Assembly: GCA_034669905.1 (NCBI GenBank) | Contig: JAXMOL010000011.1 | Location: forward strand, 32,001-96,000 | Source: Candidatus Hydrogenedentota bacterium | GTDB lineage: Bacteria; Hydrogenedentota; Hydrogenedentia; Hydrogenedentales; JAEUWI01 | DNA: 64,000 nucleotides | Direction: 5' to 3' | Part shown: piece by piece, positions 19,755-29,356 of the stretch | How the letters are laid out: the number at the start of each line of letters is the position of its first letter | Numbering within the stretch: position 1 is the first letter of the stretch | Made by a program: the position numbers and the translations under genes | The notes under the pieces: generated by a model | The model's database searches: none | Told to the model about the DNA's origin: nothing | Seen by the model: the letters and a program-made list of their open reading frames with translations, nothing else

Positions 19755-20849
19755 AGTTGAACTCCTGTTTGGTTGGTTTGGGGAAAGGATGGCGGAGCGG
19801 GTGCCTACGTAAACGCCCCATTTACAACGGCTTAGAGGTATTCTTGGCCGATGCAATTCACTCAGGAGTCTATGTATATAGTCAATAGGGTGGGTGTGGT
19901 GGCGGCGAATACCCGAATATCCGGTAAATTTTGGGCTGGGTAAGCAGTGGAGGCTATGCGCTTAACTCGGGAACTGAATCGAGTATGGTGAGGAAAATCG
20001 CTTCAAAGCCCTACATATTGCGAAAAAATGAAGAATTCCAAGGTGTGAGCCTTTTTCGGTGTTCTGTAAGTCCTTAATGTGTAATGACTTAAAAATTTGA
20101 CATTGCCGTGTAAAATAATTTCCGGTTTGCCTTGAACCAAACCCAAAATGCTTGAGACAATATACGGACGCGGTTGACGCCCGATTAGAAGACTTTGGAA
20201 TGCTTGGGATTGGCCGAGATTGCCAGAGGTATCGGAGGATAGAAAAATGACCTAGTGAAAAAACGAATACTCACCCACACACGGATGCCCTTCAATCCGA
20301 AGAGTGTGGCCATATTTTAGGGCAATTTTTTACTACGAGGTCCACGGATTGGACCTCCTCTAGAGGCATGCAACTCCTATCATGCTGAAGTCTGAGCGCA
20401 ACGCTCGACGCTTTTTCCGGCCCCTGAGCCGTTCATATTAGTTACTGAAGCTGAAAAATTTGACCACGAAGGAGATCCCATGTCCCCTCGTTGGACCGTG
20501 TCATTGACCAGAGTCGTTGCCGTTGTGCCTGCTTGGCAGCATTGGCAACTATGCACTTCTTGGCATCACCACGTTGTCCAGCCCCGATCCTCCGGCGAGG
20601 TACGTCTTTTCGTATCGCTTTGCCCCGTCGGTCGATCGCAGCATCCCCCCCGAGGGAAAGCCCCAATTAATGATAATCCATTCTCACTAACATTTGAATA
20701 CCCAAAAATCATAGCCACCGCCGTTTGTGGCCATCCGGAATCGACGTGGCCAACCAGGGAACCGATCAGGTCCTTGGTGGAGGCGTGGTTCCATCCAACA
20801 CTTGGCATGGTGCCAAGCTGTAAGCCCCATAATAAAAAGGAAAATTCCA

Positions 20850-21944
20850 ATGAATACTAAAGAAACCAAGAAATCCAATAAAGCTGAACTCGTCAAGAAG
20901 CTGGAGAAGCTTGTCCAGAAGATCAAGGCAACCCGTGAAAAGAACGGGGAAAACTATCTCGAAGAATGCCAGTACGTCTTCGAAATGCACAGGGAGGCCA
21001 AGGAGGCAGGCGACCCGGACCGAGACTTGCCTATGCTTCGTGATGAACTCGACATCGGTAAGTCAACGGCTAGAAAAAAGCGTAAGATGCACGAGTTCTG
21101 GAACGCACAATCGAAAGAGGTCGCCGAGAACTTCCCAAAACTCTTCAGCAAGATTGGACGCACAAAACTTGAGCTGGTCTGCTGTCTGAAATCGGAGAAG
21201 GACGCTGGCAACAAAAAAGGGTACAAAAAGAAGAAGCACCTTCGCTTCGATGACCTAATCATCGAAGGGGACGTCGCTACGGTCAAACTCGTCAATCCAG
21301 AAGGATCGGTCGTGGTCCATGAGAAGTCGGAACGGGAACTGAAGGAGGTACTCAGTAGCTCGGGGACGGAGTCGAAGGACTCCCTAGCAGAATCGGTTGA
21401 AGCGGCGGACAGTCTTGGAGCCGATGCTCGCAGCTCTCAAGAGTCCGAGGAGCTTCACCCAAAGTACACGACATACCCGGCACTGAAGAGAGCGTACGAA
21501 GCTCTTGAGGCCAAGATGGATGAGAAAGATAGGCTCATCGCAGAACTGCTCGCCGGTAAGGCACAATCGGAACGGGTAGTCGAGAATCCTTCGACACCGT
21601 CTGCCGAGGATCAGGAGCAAACTGAAGCCGAATTTGAAGACACTCCCGAGCTAGACTCCGGCACCAAAGAGGAGGCCCAACATCTTGATGCGGTGCCGCC
21701 CAAAGGCGAAAAAGAATCCTCTGCCATCGAAAATGTGGAAGAGCCTTCCGAACAGAGCCAAGATGACTTCGAGATTGAGGACATAACCCTCGAAGAGGAA
21801 ACCGTCATACCGGTCGAGAAAGCCGATACTAAGCCTAGCCGTCAGCCAGCATATGCCAATCGAAGCAAAAGCCTTGCCGGTACGCCAAATGTTCCTTCTC
21901 AGACCGCAATGAATCGGGAGGCCTCGTCATGCACACACGTGTAG
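20850..21944 (+). CDS. Hypothetical protein; basic N-terminus, coiled coil and acidic disordered C-terminus (probable distant island paralog)
   Basis: Start MNTKETKK with an AAAAGGA RBS; 364 aa. Confidence 0.75.
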   Translation: MNTKETKKSNKAELVKKLEKLVQKIKATREKNGENYLEECQYVFEMHREAKEAGDPDRDLPMLRDELDIGKSTARKKRKMHEFWNAQSKEVAENFPKLFSKIGRTKLELVCCLKSEKDAGNKKGYKKKKHLRFDDLIIEGDVATVKLVNPEGSVVVHEKSERELKEVLSSSGTESKDSLAESVEAADSLGADARSSQESEELHPKYTTYPALKRAYEALEAKMDEKDRLIAELLAGKAQSERVVENPSTPSAEDQEQTEAEFEDTPELDSGTKEEAQHLDAVPPKGEKESSAIENVEEPSEQSQDDFEIEDITLEEETVIPVEKADTKPSRQPAYANRSKSLAGTPNVPSQTAMNREASSCTHV

Positions 21945-22021
21945 AATCGTTGAGCTTGAAGCCCATTGCGGGCACGGTTGATACAACTGTATCTGCTTGG
22001 CACGATTAGAGGGAAAACGCA

Positions 22022-22696
22022 ATGATTTATTTGGACTCAACATCACGCAAACCGCTCGACAAGCACGAGCTCAGAAACGTAACGAAGCAAACAATCGGAA
22101 TGGCTAAGGAAATCTACCATCTTGAGAGCCTTACCAAAGGCGAATCGGCGGGTGAAGACCGACTGAGATCCCGCCATAGCCGAAAGCTGATGCTGGACAA
22201 GACTGTGCAGTATTGGTATGCCAAGCTCTATGAGTCTTACGCGTTGCCAGACAATCAAGGTAGATCACGCGTCGACCTTGATTACCTGTACTCAATCGAC
22301 GTGTGGATTCTTGAAGCTTTTCTGCCCTTACTCGTAAAGGATGACGAACGGGGAAAACGTGGCCACGACACTGCTACCAGGTGTGGTCACGAATCTATCA
22401 AAATAAATTACTGCCGCGATGGCGAAGAAGAGCTTTTCGTGGCCGACCTGAAAGACTTCGACGTTGATCTGGTAGAGGGGCTCCGCATGGCGGAACTAGG
22501 TTGTAACTACATGATATGGCATTACGATAAGGTTGACGGCGAATACGCCGACAGGATTGGCCGCCCTTCATATGATATTGGCGAGGTTGGGGTCCCGGAC
22601 CTCAGCTACTACCACTGCTGTTCGGACGACTATGTGTCCTATGGCAGTCTAATAGCTGAAATATTTGATGATAAGTACCTGCAGCCGGAATATTGA
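22022..22696 (+). CDS. Hypothetical protein (island paralog family)
   Basis: 224 aa with a GAGGGA RBS. Aligns by eye with 15528..16292. Confidence 0.75.
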   Translation: MIYLDSTSRKPLDKHELRNVTKQTIGMAKEIYHLESLTKGESAGEDRLRSRHSRKLMLDKTVQYWYAKLYESYALPDNQGRSRVDLDYLYSIDVWILEAFLPLLVKDDERGKRGHDTATRCGHESIKINYCRDGEEELFVADLKDFDVDLVEGLRMAELGCNYMIWHYDKVDGEYADRIGRPSYDIGEVGVPDLSYYHCCSDDYVSYGSLIAEIFDDKYLQPEY

Positions 22697-22990
22697 CGCT
22701 CAGGCAACCTTGTCACGGGACGTATAGAAAAATAGAGATAGGTGCGGTTGGTCACCAAAGACCGGTCGCGCCTTTCTCTTTATTGAGGAGTGGGGGGAGA
22801 TACTGAGCTAAAACGACGGGCCACTTCGTCTGACAACGGGGAGTAAGGCCAATCGATGCGCCGCCCGACAACAGAATTGGCAGGTGTGTATGGGGGAAAA
22901 GTACATCCGAAGGGACTAGACTCTATCGATACAGAGGATAGGGCAATGCTGCACCTCGGGTAACGGAGCGGTAACGGAGACACAAGCAAA

Positions 22991-23032
22991 GAAAAACCGC
23001 CCAGCGACTGTGATTATAAGTCGTTGGGCGGT
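22991..23032 (-). terminator. Hairpin/terminator downstream of tRNA-Val
   Basis: ACCGCCCAGCGACT-n9-AGTCGTTGGGCGGT, followed by TTTTTC on the minus strand. Confidence 0.65.
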
Positions 23033-23043
23033 AATTGTTTAAA

Positions 23044-23120
23044 TGGTGGGCGATACAAGATTCGAACTTGTGACCTCTGCCGTGTGAAGGCAGCGCTCTA
23101 ACCAACTGAGCTAATCGCCC
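23044..23120 (-). tRNA. tRNA-Val (anticodon CAC)
   Basis: GGGCGATTAGCTCAGTTGGTTAGAGCGCTGCCTTCACACGGCAGAGGTCACAAGTTCGAATCTTGTATCGCCCACCA: cloverleaf, TTCGAA T-loop, encoded CCA. Confidence 0.97.
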
Positions 23121-23262
23121 GAAGGACGGTAATCCTATCACAATCGGAATTTCGGGCGCAAACACAATGCGCCCGGTGGCGTAGCCGGGCTTCGGAATGA
23201 ATTTGCCGTGGACTACGCCGCGTTCCGTCGTGCTTCCGACGGGCCTCCTGAATCCAGGGGGA

Positions 23263-23646
23263 TCAGTCGGGGATTTCGATCTCTTCGATGTCGCCTTCTT
23301 CCCCGACGAACAATCCAATGATGGTCAGTTGGGGGTAGAGTTTGCGATATTGACGTACGACGTCGCCCATTTGCTCGATCTGGGTTTCCCGGGGCACGGG
23401 ATTTCCGCGGCAGTCCCAGTGGCCTGTAATGGCGAGCTCTTTGATGTCGTGGACGCGAATCACGGTGTCGACCCGCTCCTGGAAGAGGAGGGCCCGTTCG
23501 GATTCGGGAGCCTTGGTGAGGATGCCGAGGGGGCCGGCATCGGTGAGCATATCGACGTATTTGACGTTGAAACGCTGCATGAGATAGTTGACGACCGGCT
23601 GCTGGGTGCGCCCGTCGAGACAGTTGATGGTGGCACAAAATGTCAT
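23263..23646 (-). CDS. Putative beta-class-like carbonic anhydrase
   Basis: Zinc-ligand motifs INCLDGR and GHWDC; start MTFCATINC. Confidence 0.75.
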   Translation of the reverse strand: MTFCATINCLDGRTQQPVVNYLMQRFNVKYVDMLTDAGPLGILTKAPESERALLFQERVDTVIRVHDIKELAITGHWDCRGNPVPRETQIEQMGDVVRQYRKLYPQLTIIGLFVGEEGDIEEIEIPD

Positions 23647-23982
23647 GGTACTACTCTCGATAGGGTGGGGATAGCTCCGGGTGGGGACACACTTCCCACG
23701 GGAACCTCCTGACTGCTGACCGCAGGAAGTATAGCAAAGTGGACACTGCGATGGCACGTATTTCTCTGTACCACAGGAGTAGTGGCAACATCCGCCCCCC
23801 ACAGCGTGGGACGTCGTGTGTGGTCGGTGAGGGGGTAGTGCCCCCGTGGCTCGGGCGGCGGCAAGGCGGCCATGACAGGGGGCGGGGCACAAAAGGCCGG
23901 TGGGGGCAGGAGGCCCAAGGGCCCCAGGAGGGGCGCTATCTACGGGCTATTGGGAGCCTGTAATATCGCGTGGTGACTCGCC

Positions 23983-24441
23983 CTATCGGGGCGCGGGGGC
24001 ACTGCGGCGCACCTTGCAGTGGGCCACGTTTGCCACTGCCAGATGGGGCTGATAGGGCGCCGTTTGATAGAGGGGCACTTCATCCTGCGAGGTGTATTCC
24101 CAGTCAAATACGCCACGCCCCAGGCGCACGGGGCCAATGACCCGCCGCACGATGGCGTCGCCGACTTCGGTTTCCGTGCGAATCCAGTAGTTTCCGGGAC
24201 GGGGCAATACGGCAGAGTATACGGCCGTCGGGGGGAGGGGGTGAGAAAGCCGGTTTGTGGCTTCGGTGGCCCGGGCTTCCGAGGTCTCTATGGCGAGAAA
24301 GACCAACGCGGCATCACTACTGTTGGCCAGGTGGACGCGGGTAAAGTCTTGCTTGTTGGATTGGTCACAGCCCAGGGCGAGAAGGGGGGCCAGAATGCCC
24401 AGACTGACACATGAAGCCATGTGGGATAGGGAAATTTGCAT
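23983..24441 (-). CDS. Putative lipoprotein
   Basis: GGAG RBS, hydrophobic signal and lipobox LALGC. Confidence 0.6.
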   Translation of the reverse strand: MQISLSHMASCVSLGILAPLLALGCDQSNKQDFTRVHLANSSDAALVFLAIETSEARATEATNRLSHPLPPTAVYSAVLPRPGNYWIRTETEVGDAIVRRVIGPVRLGRGVFDWEYTSQDEVPLYQTAPYQPHLAVANVAHCKVRRSAPAPR

Positions 24442-24726
24442 CGGGTTATACTCCGTTTCATCACGTCCTGGCAGACACGGCCCCCAACCGATAGGGTCGC
24501 AGTATACCCCATCCCGGGGGAAATGTATAGCCAAATGGCAGTTTTTTGGCGGCAACATCCCACATTGGAACGGGCTGGCCGGGTGTGGTGCCGGGTCGGT
24601 GCCTTTTTTGCTTGCACTGCTTATCTTGTGGCCCGAAATCCGATGGTGTTACACCGGGGCAAGGGGCCACAATTCCACCCGTCGTTGAAACTGAATCCCG
24701 GCCCGTGTTCATGCTAGACTCTTCGC

Positions 24727-25629
24727 ATGCCACCAATCGTCTCTTTCTCCAAAGTCTGCAAGTTTTACGGCTCCCACTTTGCCGTCGGGGGCTTCTCGCT
24801 GGATATCCGGGCGGGGGACACCGTCGGTTTGCTGGGTCCCAATGGTGCGGGCAAGAGTACCTTGCTGCATATACTGACGGGACTGGTGCGCCCCACGTCG
24901 GGTCAGGTGTCGGTTTTCGGGAAGGAACTCCAATCCAACGCCATCGACATTGCCTTTCGGATGGGCGCCCTGATGGAGCGGCCGACCTTTTATGATCACT
25001 TGACGGTACGGCGCAATCTGAAAATTCATGCCCAATTGGCCCAGCGTGATGTCAATCTCGATCGCACGCTGGACCTGACCAATCTCACGGAATTTGCGTC
25101 GGTCCGGGCTGGCACCTTGTCGCAGGGTCTGCGACAGCGTCTGGGGCTGGCCATGGCCATGCTGACCGAGCCGGAGCTGCTGGTATTGGATGAGCCGACT
25201 TCGGGCCTCGATCCGGAAGCCACGCAAGACATCCTCACGCTGCTGCGGCGCCTGGTGGATGAGACTGCGGTGACAATCCTCTTTTCGAGTCACCTGATGC
25301 ATGAGGTCGAGGCCTTGTGCAGTCACGTCGCCATCATCCACAAAGGCCGTCTGGTAACCTATGAAGAAACTGAGTCCCTCATTTCCTATGATCTCAGCCA
25401 GGTGGAGGTCCTGATGGACGGTGCGGAGAATGCCGCCAAGCGGCTGCGCGAGCAGGATTGGGTGGCCCAGGTGACGAGCAAGCCGGGCCGGCTACAGGTG
25501 AAGCTGAAAGAGCAAGGCAGCCACCAGCTCAACAGCTTCCTGGTGCACGCGGGCTATGCGGTATCGGGGGTGGTTCCGAGACGGCGCACCCTGCAGGATT
25601 ATTTCTTGAAGGCCCTGGATCATGAGTAG
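24727..25629 (+). CDS. ABC transporter ATP-binding protein
   Basis: GPNGAGKST, LSQGLRQR, LDEPTSGLD and SSH. Confidence 0.95.
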   Translation: MPPIVSFSKVCKFYGSHFAVGGFSLDIRAGDTVGLLGPNGAGKSTLLHILTGLVRPTSGQVSVFGKELQSNAIDIAFRMGALMERPTFYDHLTVRRNLKIHAQLAQRDVNLDRTLDLTNLTEFASVRAGTLSQGLRQRLGLAMAMLTEPELLVLDEPTSGLDPEATQDILTLLRRLVDETAVTILFSSHLMHEVEALCSHVAIIHKGRLVTYEETESLISYDLSQVEVLMDGAENAAKRLREQDWVAQVTSKPGRLQVKLKEQGSHQLNSFLVHAGYAVSGVVPRRRTLQDYFLKALDHE

Positions 25630-26455
25630 CGCCCCGCGATTGCTGCAACTTCGCAACGCCTTGCACCGTATCCGCGTGGCCTATGGCGTGGAAATCATCA
25701 AGGCAATCCGGCTGCGTCAGACCTACGTCGGGCCCGTGTTGTTGTTCGTGCTGGTTGCTCTGTCGCCCCTGGCCCATCCTTTGCGACAAGACACGTTGGG
25801 CGACTACGCGTTTATCGCATATGTGACCCCGCTGGCCCTGAACTTCCTCGGCTATGTGTTGCTCCTCGCCTATGTGGGGGGACTGCTCGCCACGGAAATG
25901 GATCGGGGCACCCTTCGGACGGTGCTCCTGCGTCCGGTCCATCGCTGCGAAATCTATCTCGCCAAGCTCTTACTGGGTTGTTCCTACAGTCTCCTCTTGA
26001 CCGTCGTGGTGGCGCTCAGCAGCTGGGGCATGGTAATCGCCTTTGGCGATATGTATGGCGTCCAGGTGGGGGGCGTTTTGCGCTATACCAGCGACGAGAT
26101 GTTATGGGCCTACGTTGGTGGGGCCCTTCTGGTCTTGCTCCCCCAGTGGGCTGGTGTCAGCCTGGGCCTTCTTTTCTCGAGCCTTACCCGCAGCACCGGG
26201 ACCGCCGTCAGCCTGAGCGTGGGCACCTGGATCGCCCTGGACCTGATCAAATATCCCCTGGGCATTGACCACCTCGTCTTCAGCACCTACCTGGAATCGC
26301 CCTGGCACGTCTTCATCAGCCAGTGTGACGGGTTGGATGGCCGCTGGTTTCCCATGGCGGGCTACGCGATAGCCACGTCGGCCGTGGTCGCTCTGGCCTC
26401 CACTGCCTGTGGCCTCTTCCTGTTCAGCCGTCGGAATCTCGGCTCATGTGGGTAA
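25622..26455 (+). CDS. ABC-2 type permease
   Basis: About 6 TM segments, EMDRGTLRTVLLRP and AKLL motifs; overlaps the ATPase gene. Confidence 0.9.
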   Translation: MSSAPRLLQLRNALHRIRVAYGVEIIKAIRLRQTYVGPVLLFVLVALSPLAHPLRQDTLGDYAFIAYVTPLALNFLGYVLLLAYVGGLLATEMDRGTLRTVLLRPVHRCEIYLAKLLLGCSYSLLLTVVVALSSWGMVIAFGDMYGVQVGGVLRYTSDEMLWAYVGGALLVLLPQWAGVSLGLLFSSLTRSTGTAVSLSVGTWIALDLIKYPLGIDHLVFSTYLESPWHVFISQCDGLDGRWFPMAGYAIATSAVVALASTACGLFLFSRRNLGSCG

Positions 26456-27942
26456 TTGCGCTGACCCTTACCCTGGGCCAGATCACCTTTATCGATGCGC
26501 CCTTGAATGACGTATACGTGGGCAATGTCACCCCCTTTACAGGTAAGGTGAACACCAATTTCCTCCATGCCGATGTGAACTACGATGGTCAGTTGGACCT
26601 CATTCTGACAGACAAACTCCTGTTGCAGGAAGATGGGGTCTATGACGAAACCCGGGCCATTCCATTGCCTGCCCCCGCAGGCCCGATGGATGCGGATTGT
26701 TACCGGGGTGCCCTTTTCTATCGGAACTCCCATCAACTCATCGTCTACGAATTTGAGCAAGGGGCCTGGCGCACCGTACTTTCCCAATCGCTGGAATCGC
26801 CCGAGGAACCGGAAGGCTTTACACCCCAGTATGGGAATGCCCCGAAATTAAGTTTTGTACGGTTCCTCCATGACCTGGACGAAGATGGCAGCCCGGAAGT
26901 GATTGCCATCGACCATGGGGGCATTCGCCTCTTTCGCCGGAAGGATGCCCACTACGTGGCGGCCGGGGTCTTGAAACTACCGACGACCATTGCGGTAAGT
27001 CGCTCGGCCCCCCAACCCATCTGGCCCCAGGATGCCCGGAAGATCATGTTTCCTGAACAGCAGATGTCGAGCCGCATCGTCTTCGAGCCGGGGCAGGTGC
27101 GGATGGTTTCGGTGGAAGAACGCCAGGAAACGGCTACCCGCTATATGGTGCAGACCACAAAACTCGTCCTGGATGAGTCGGCCGACTTTCAGGAAGGGGC
27201 GTCCCATCTCACCCGTCCGGAAATGCTCCCCTCCCACCTCCGCCCCTGTCGGCTGAATGACGATGACACCCTCGACTTTGCCGGCGGACGGTGGGTCAAT
27301 GCAGAAACCGGCCCCCTGCCGGCCCCCCTCTATGAGTTGTGGGCCACCCTCGACGGGGGGAAAACCTTTGAAGTGCGGCGGGCCACGGCCCAGACCCAGT
27401 TTCGCCCCCATTGCGCCTTTGTGGACTACGACGGTGATGGGGACATGGATATGGTCACCGAGTCCACCCTTTGGGCCCGGGGCGGCATCCGGGAGCGGGT
27501 CACCCGCTTCCTGACCGAATCCACCCTGGAGCATGGCCTCCACATCTACGAACAGCAGGACGGACACTTCGCGGAATCCCCCACGATTCAGGTCGTGCTG
27601 AACATTGATCTGGAAGGGCCGCCGGCCCAGCCCCAGGCCATGCTCTCCCGCTATGAAGCCGGCAGTCTGGTTCACATCACGGGCGACATGGACGGCGATG
27701 GCATTCGGGATGTTTTCGTCCGCAATGCGCCGGACCAGATGTCCCTCTATCGGGGACTCGGGCGGAAGGGGTTTTCCCGACAGCCCACGTGGTCCCATGC
27801 GATCGCACCGGGAGATGACGTGGCCGTGGCCGATCTCAACGGCGATGGGCTCTCCGATCTCTATGTTTTTCCGCGGGTCCGCCCGGAGAATCCCGAAAGC
27901 CAAAGGGGGCGCGCCTTCTACGCCCAGGGGAACCGCCCATGA
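26446..27942 (+). CDS. Secreted FG-GAP/VCBS repeat protein
   Basis: Repeated DxD/NxDGxxD motifs (DVNYDGQLD, DYDGDGDMD, DLNGDGLSD). Confidence 0.85.
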   Translation: MWVIALTLTLGQITFIDAPLNDVYVGNVTPFTGKVNTNFLHADVNYDGQLDLILTDKLLLQEDGVYDETRAIPLPAPAGPMDADCYRGALFYRNSHQLIVYEFEQGAWRTVLSQSLESPEEPEGFTPQYGNAPKLSFVRFLHDLDEDGSPEVIAIDHGGIRLFRRKDAHYVAAGVLKLPTTIAVSRSAPQPIWPQDARKIMFPEQQMSSRIVFEPGQVRMVSVEERQETATRYMVQTTKLVLDESADFQEGASHLTRPEMLPSHLRPCRLNDDDTLDFAGGRWVNAETGPLPAPLYELWATLDGGKTFEVRRATAQTQFRPHCAFVDYDGDGDMDMVTESTLWARGGIRERVTRFLTESTLEHGLHIYEQQDGHFAESPTIQVVLNIDLEGPPAQPQAMLSRYEAGSLVHITGDMDGDGIRDVFVRNAPDQMSLYRGLGRKGFSRQPTWSHAIAPGDDVAVADLNGDGLSDLYVFPRVRPENPESQRGRAFYAQGNRP

Positions 27943-29351
27943 TGCTCTCTTACCTGATCGCCCTGGCGGCGGCCGTGGGTGCGCCCATTGAGATCCAGGA
28001 GCTTCCCTGGCGTGCGGGCCAAAGCACCGTTTTTGTGGCGGACTTCGATCTCGACCAGCGGGGCGAAGTTGCCGTGCTCACGGGCAACCGTCTGGAGGTC
28101 TACGAACGCAACCGCCGGGAACCCGTCTACAGCCTGTCTATTCCCGAAGGCACGGCCGTCATGGACGTACTGGATGCCAACCAGGATGGCACGGTCGATA
28201 TCATCGCGGTTTCGGGTGCCGATCTCCTTCGCATCCCCGTAACCCCCGAGGGCGAAGACGGGGCCGCCGTGGTATGTTTTTCACGGGAAAATCAATACAG
28301 CGACTACACGGGCATTCCCTTTCCCGGGGTGCTGGTGGTCATGCGGGAGAAGACGCCGCTGGTGGCCCTGCCCTGCGAGGAGGCCCTGGAATTGCGCACC
28401 CTCGAGGGCAAGCTCGTCGACAGCTACCCCATTGGCATGGCGGCACCGCGCCGCCTTTCCCTCGGGCAACCCTTTAGCGTCTGGGCCAATGCCCACGCCC
28501 AGCTTGCGGCACCGGGTGCGCTGGAGTTTCGTGTCAGCAGCGTGTCGACCTATAAGCCCCTGCTCCCCGATCACTCCCTTCCCATCCGTGTGGCAGCGCC
28601 TTCGGGACGTCTGGGCACGGCACGGCAGCAGCGTGAGGCGGCAACATTAGACGCGGACCGGTGGCCATGGTTTACAGTCAATACCAGCGACACCCGGACG
28701 GTGCGGGCGCTCTACGCGCGCTCCGATGCTCCTGGTGGGGAAACCCTGGTACGGGTCCGCCATGTTCCCACCGATAGCGCAACGGGCAACAACATCAGTG
28801 ACGACACAGGACCGATTCGCCACTATCCGGGGCTCCTACTCCGCCACCCCGACGTGTTACCCGATTTTGACGGGGACGGTTTCAACGATCTTCTGTTGTG
28901 GAAATCCAAGCGAATCGCGCCCACCGTAGATGGGCTGGCCCGGGCGCTGGCCAAGGGTACGTGGCCCATCTGGATCATCGCGCACCGGTACGCCCCGGAG
29001 AAGAAGCGTTTTTCTGAGGTGGCACACGCGCAAATCGAGGTCGCCCTTCCGTTGGGATGGTATCTCAATTCGGGCGGGTCCAACCCCTTTCGCACGGTGC
29101 TGTTGAACGACATGGACGGGGACAAACAGAGTGATTTCGGGTGCCTCGTCGATGAGCATACCCTGGCCATCTGGCGGAGTAACCCTGAGGGCATGCAGTC
29201 GGAACCGGGATTTCAATATCGCTTTCCCGAAGCGATACTGGGTGTGGAGTTTGAAGCGGATTTGGAGGGGCAGGGCAGAAAAACCGTGGTACTACGGAGC
29301 AAGAACCACCTCTACCTCCTGCGCCCCGACACGACCTTTGCACCTAGCTGA
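27939..29351 (+). CDS. Secreted FG-GAP/VCBS repeat protein
   Basis: Signal peptide; DANQDGTVD, DFDGDGFND and DMDGDKQSD; ATGA overlap with the upstream gene. Confidence 0.85.
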   Translation: MMLSYLIALAAAVGAPIEIQELPWRAGQSTVFVADFDLDQRGEVAVLTGNRLEVYERNRREPVYSLSIPEGTAVMDVLDANQDGTVDIIAVSGADLLRIPVTPEGEDGAAVVCFSRENQYSDYTGIPFPGVLVVMREKTPLVALPCEEALELRTLEGKLVDSYPIGMAAPRRLSLGQPFSVWANAHAQLAAPGALEFRVSSVSTYKPLLPDHSLPIRVAAPSGRLGTARQQREAATLDADRWPWFTVNTSDTRTVRALYARSDAPGGETLVRVRHVPTDSATGNNISDDTGPIRHYPGLLLRHPDVLPDFDGDGFNDLLLWKSKRIAPTVDGLARALAKGTWPIWIIAHRYAPEKKRFSEVAHAQIEVALPLGWYLNSGGSNPFRTVLLNDMDGDKQSDFGCLVDEHTLAIWRSNPEGMQSEPGFQYRFPEAILGVEFEADLEGQGRKTVVLRSKNHLYLLRPDTTFAPS

Positions 29352-29356
29352 GGATT

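Larger units (their letters stand above)
1..23043. mobile_element. Putative tRNA-Val-anchored defence genomic island (left end outside the window)
   Basis: BREX plus DUF932 and small mobile-element genes, a visibly more AT-rich composition than the backbone, and an end at the 3' CCA of the tRNA. No integrase or second att copy is seen in the window. Confidence 0.7.

Noticed and set aside
22780..23318. ORFs overlapping the tRNA as a possible integrase remnant
   Set aside because: No tyrosine- or serine-recombinase motifs, and the longer ORF reads through the tRNA.
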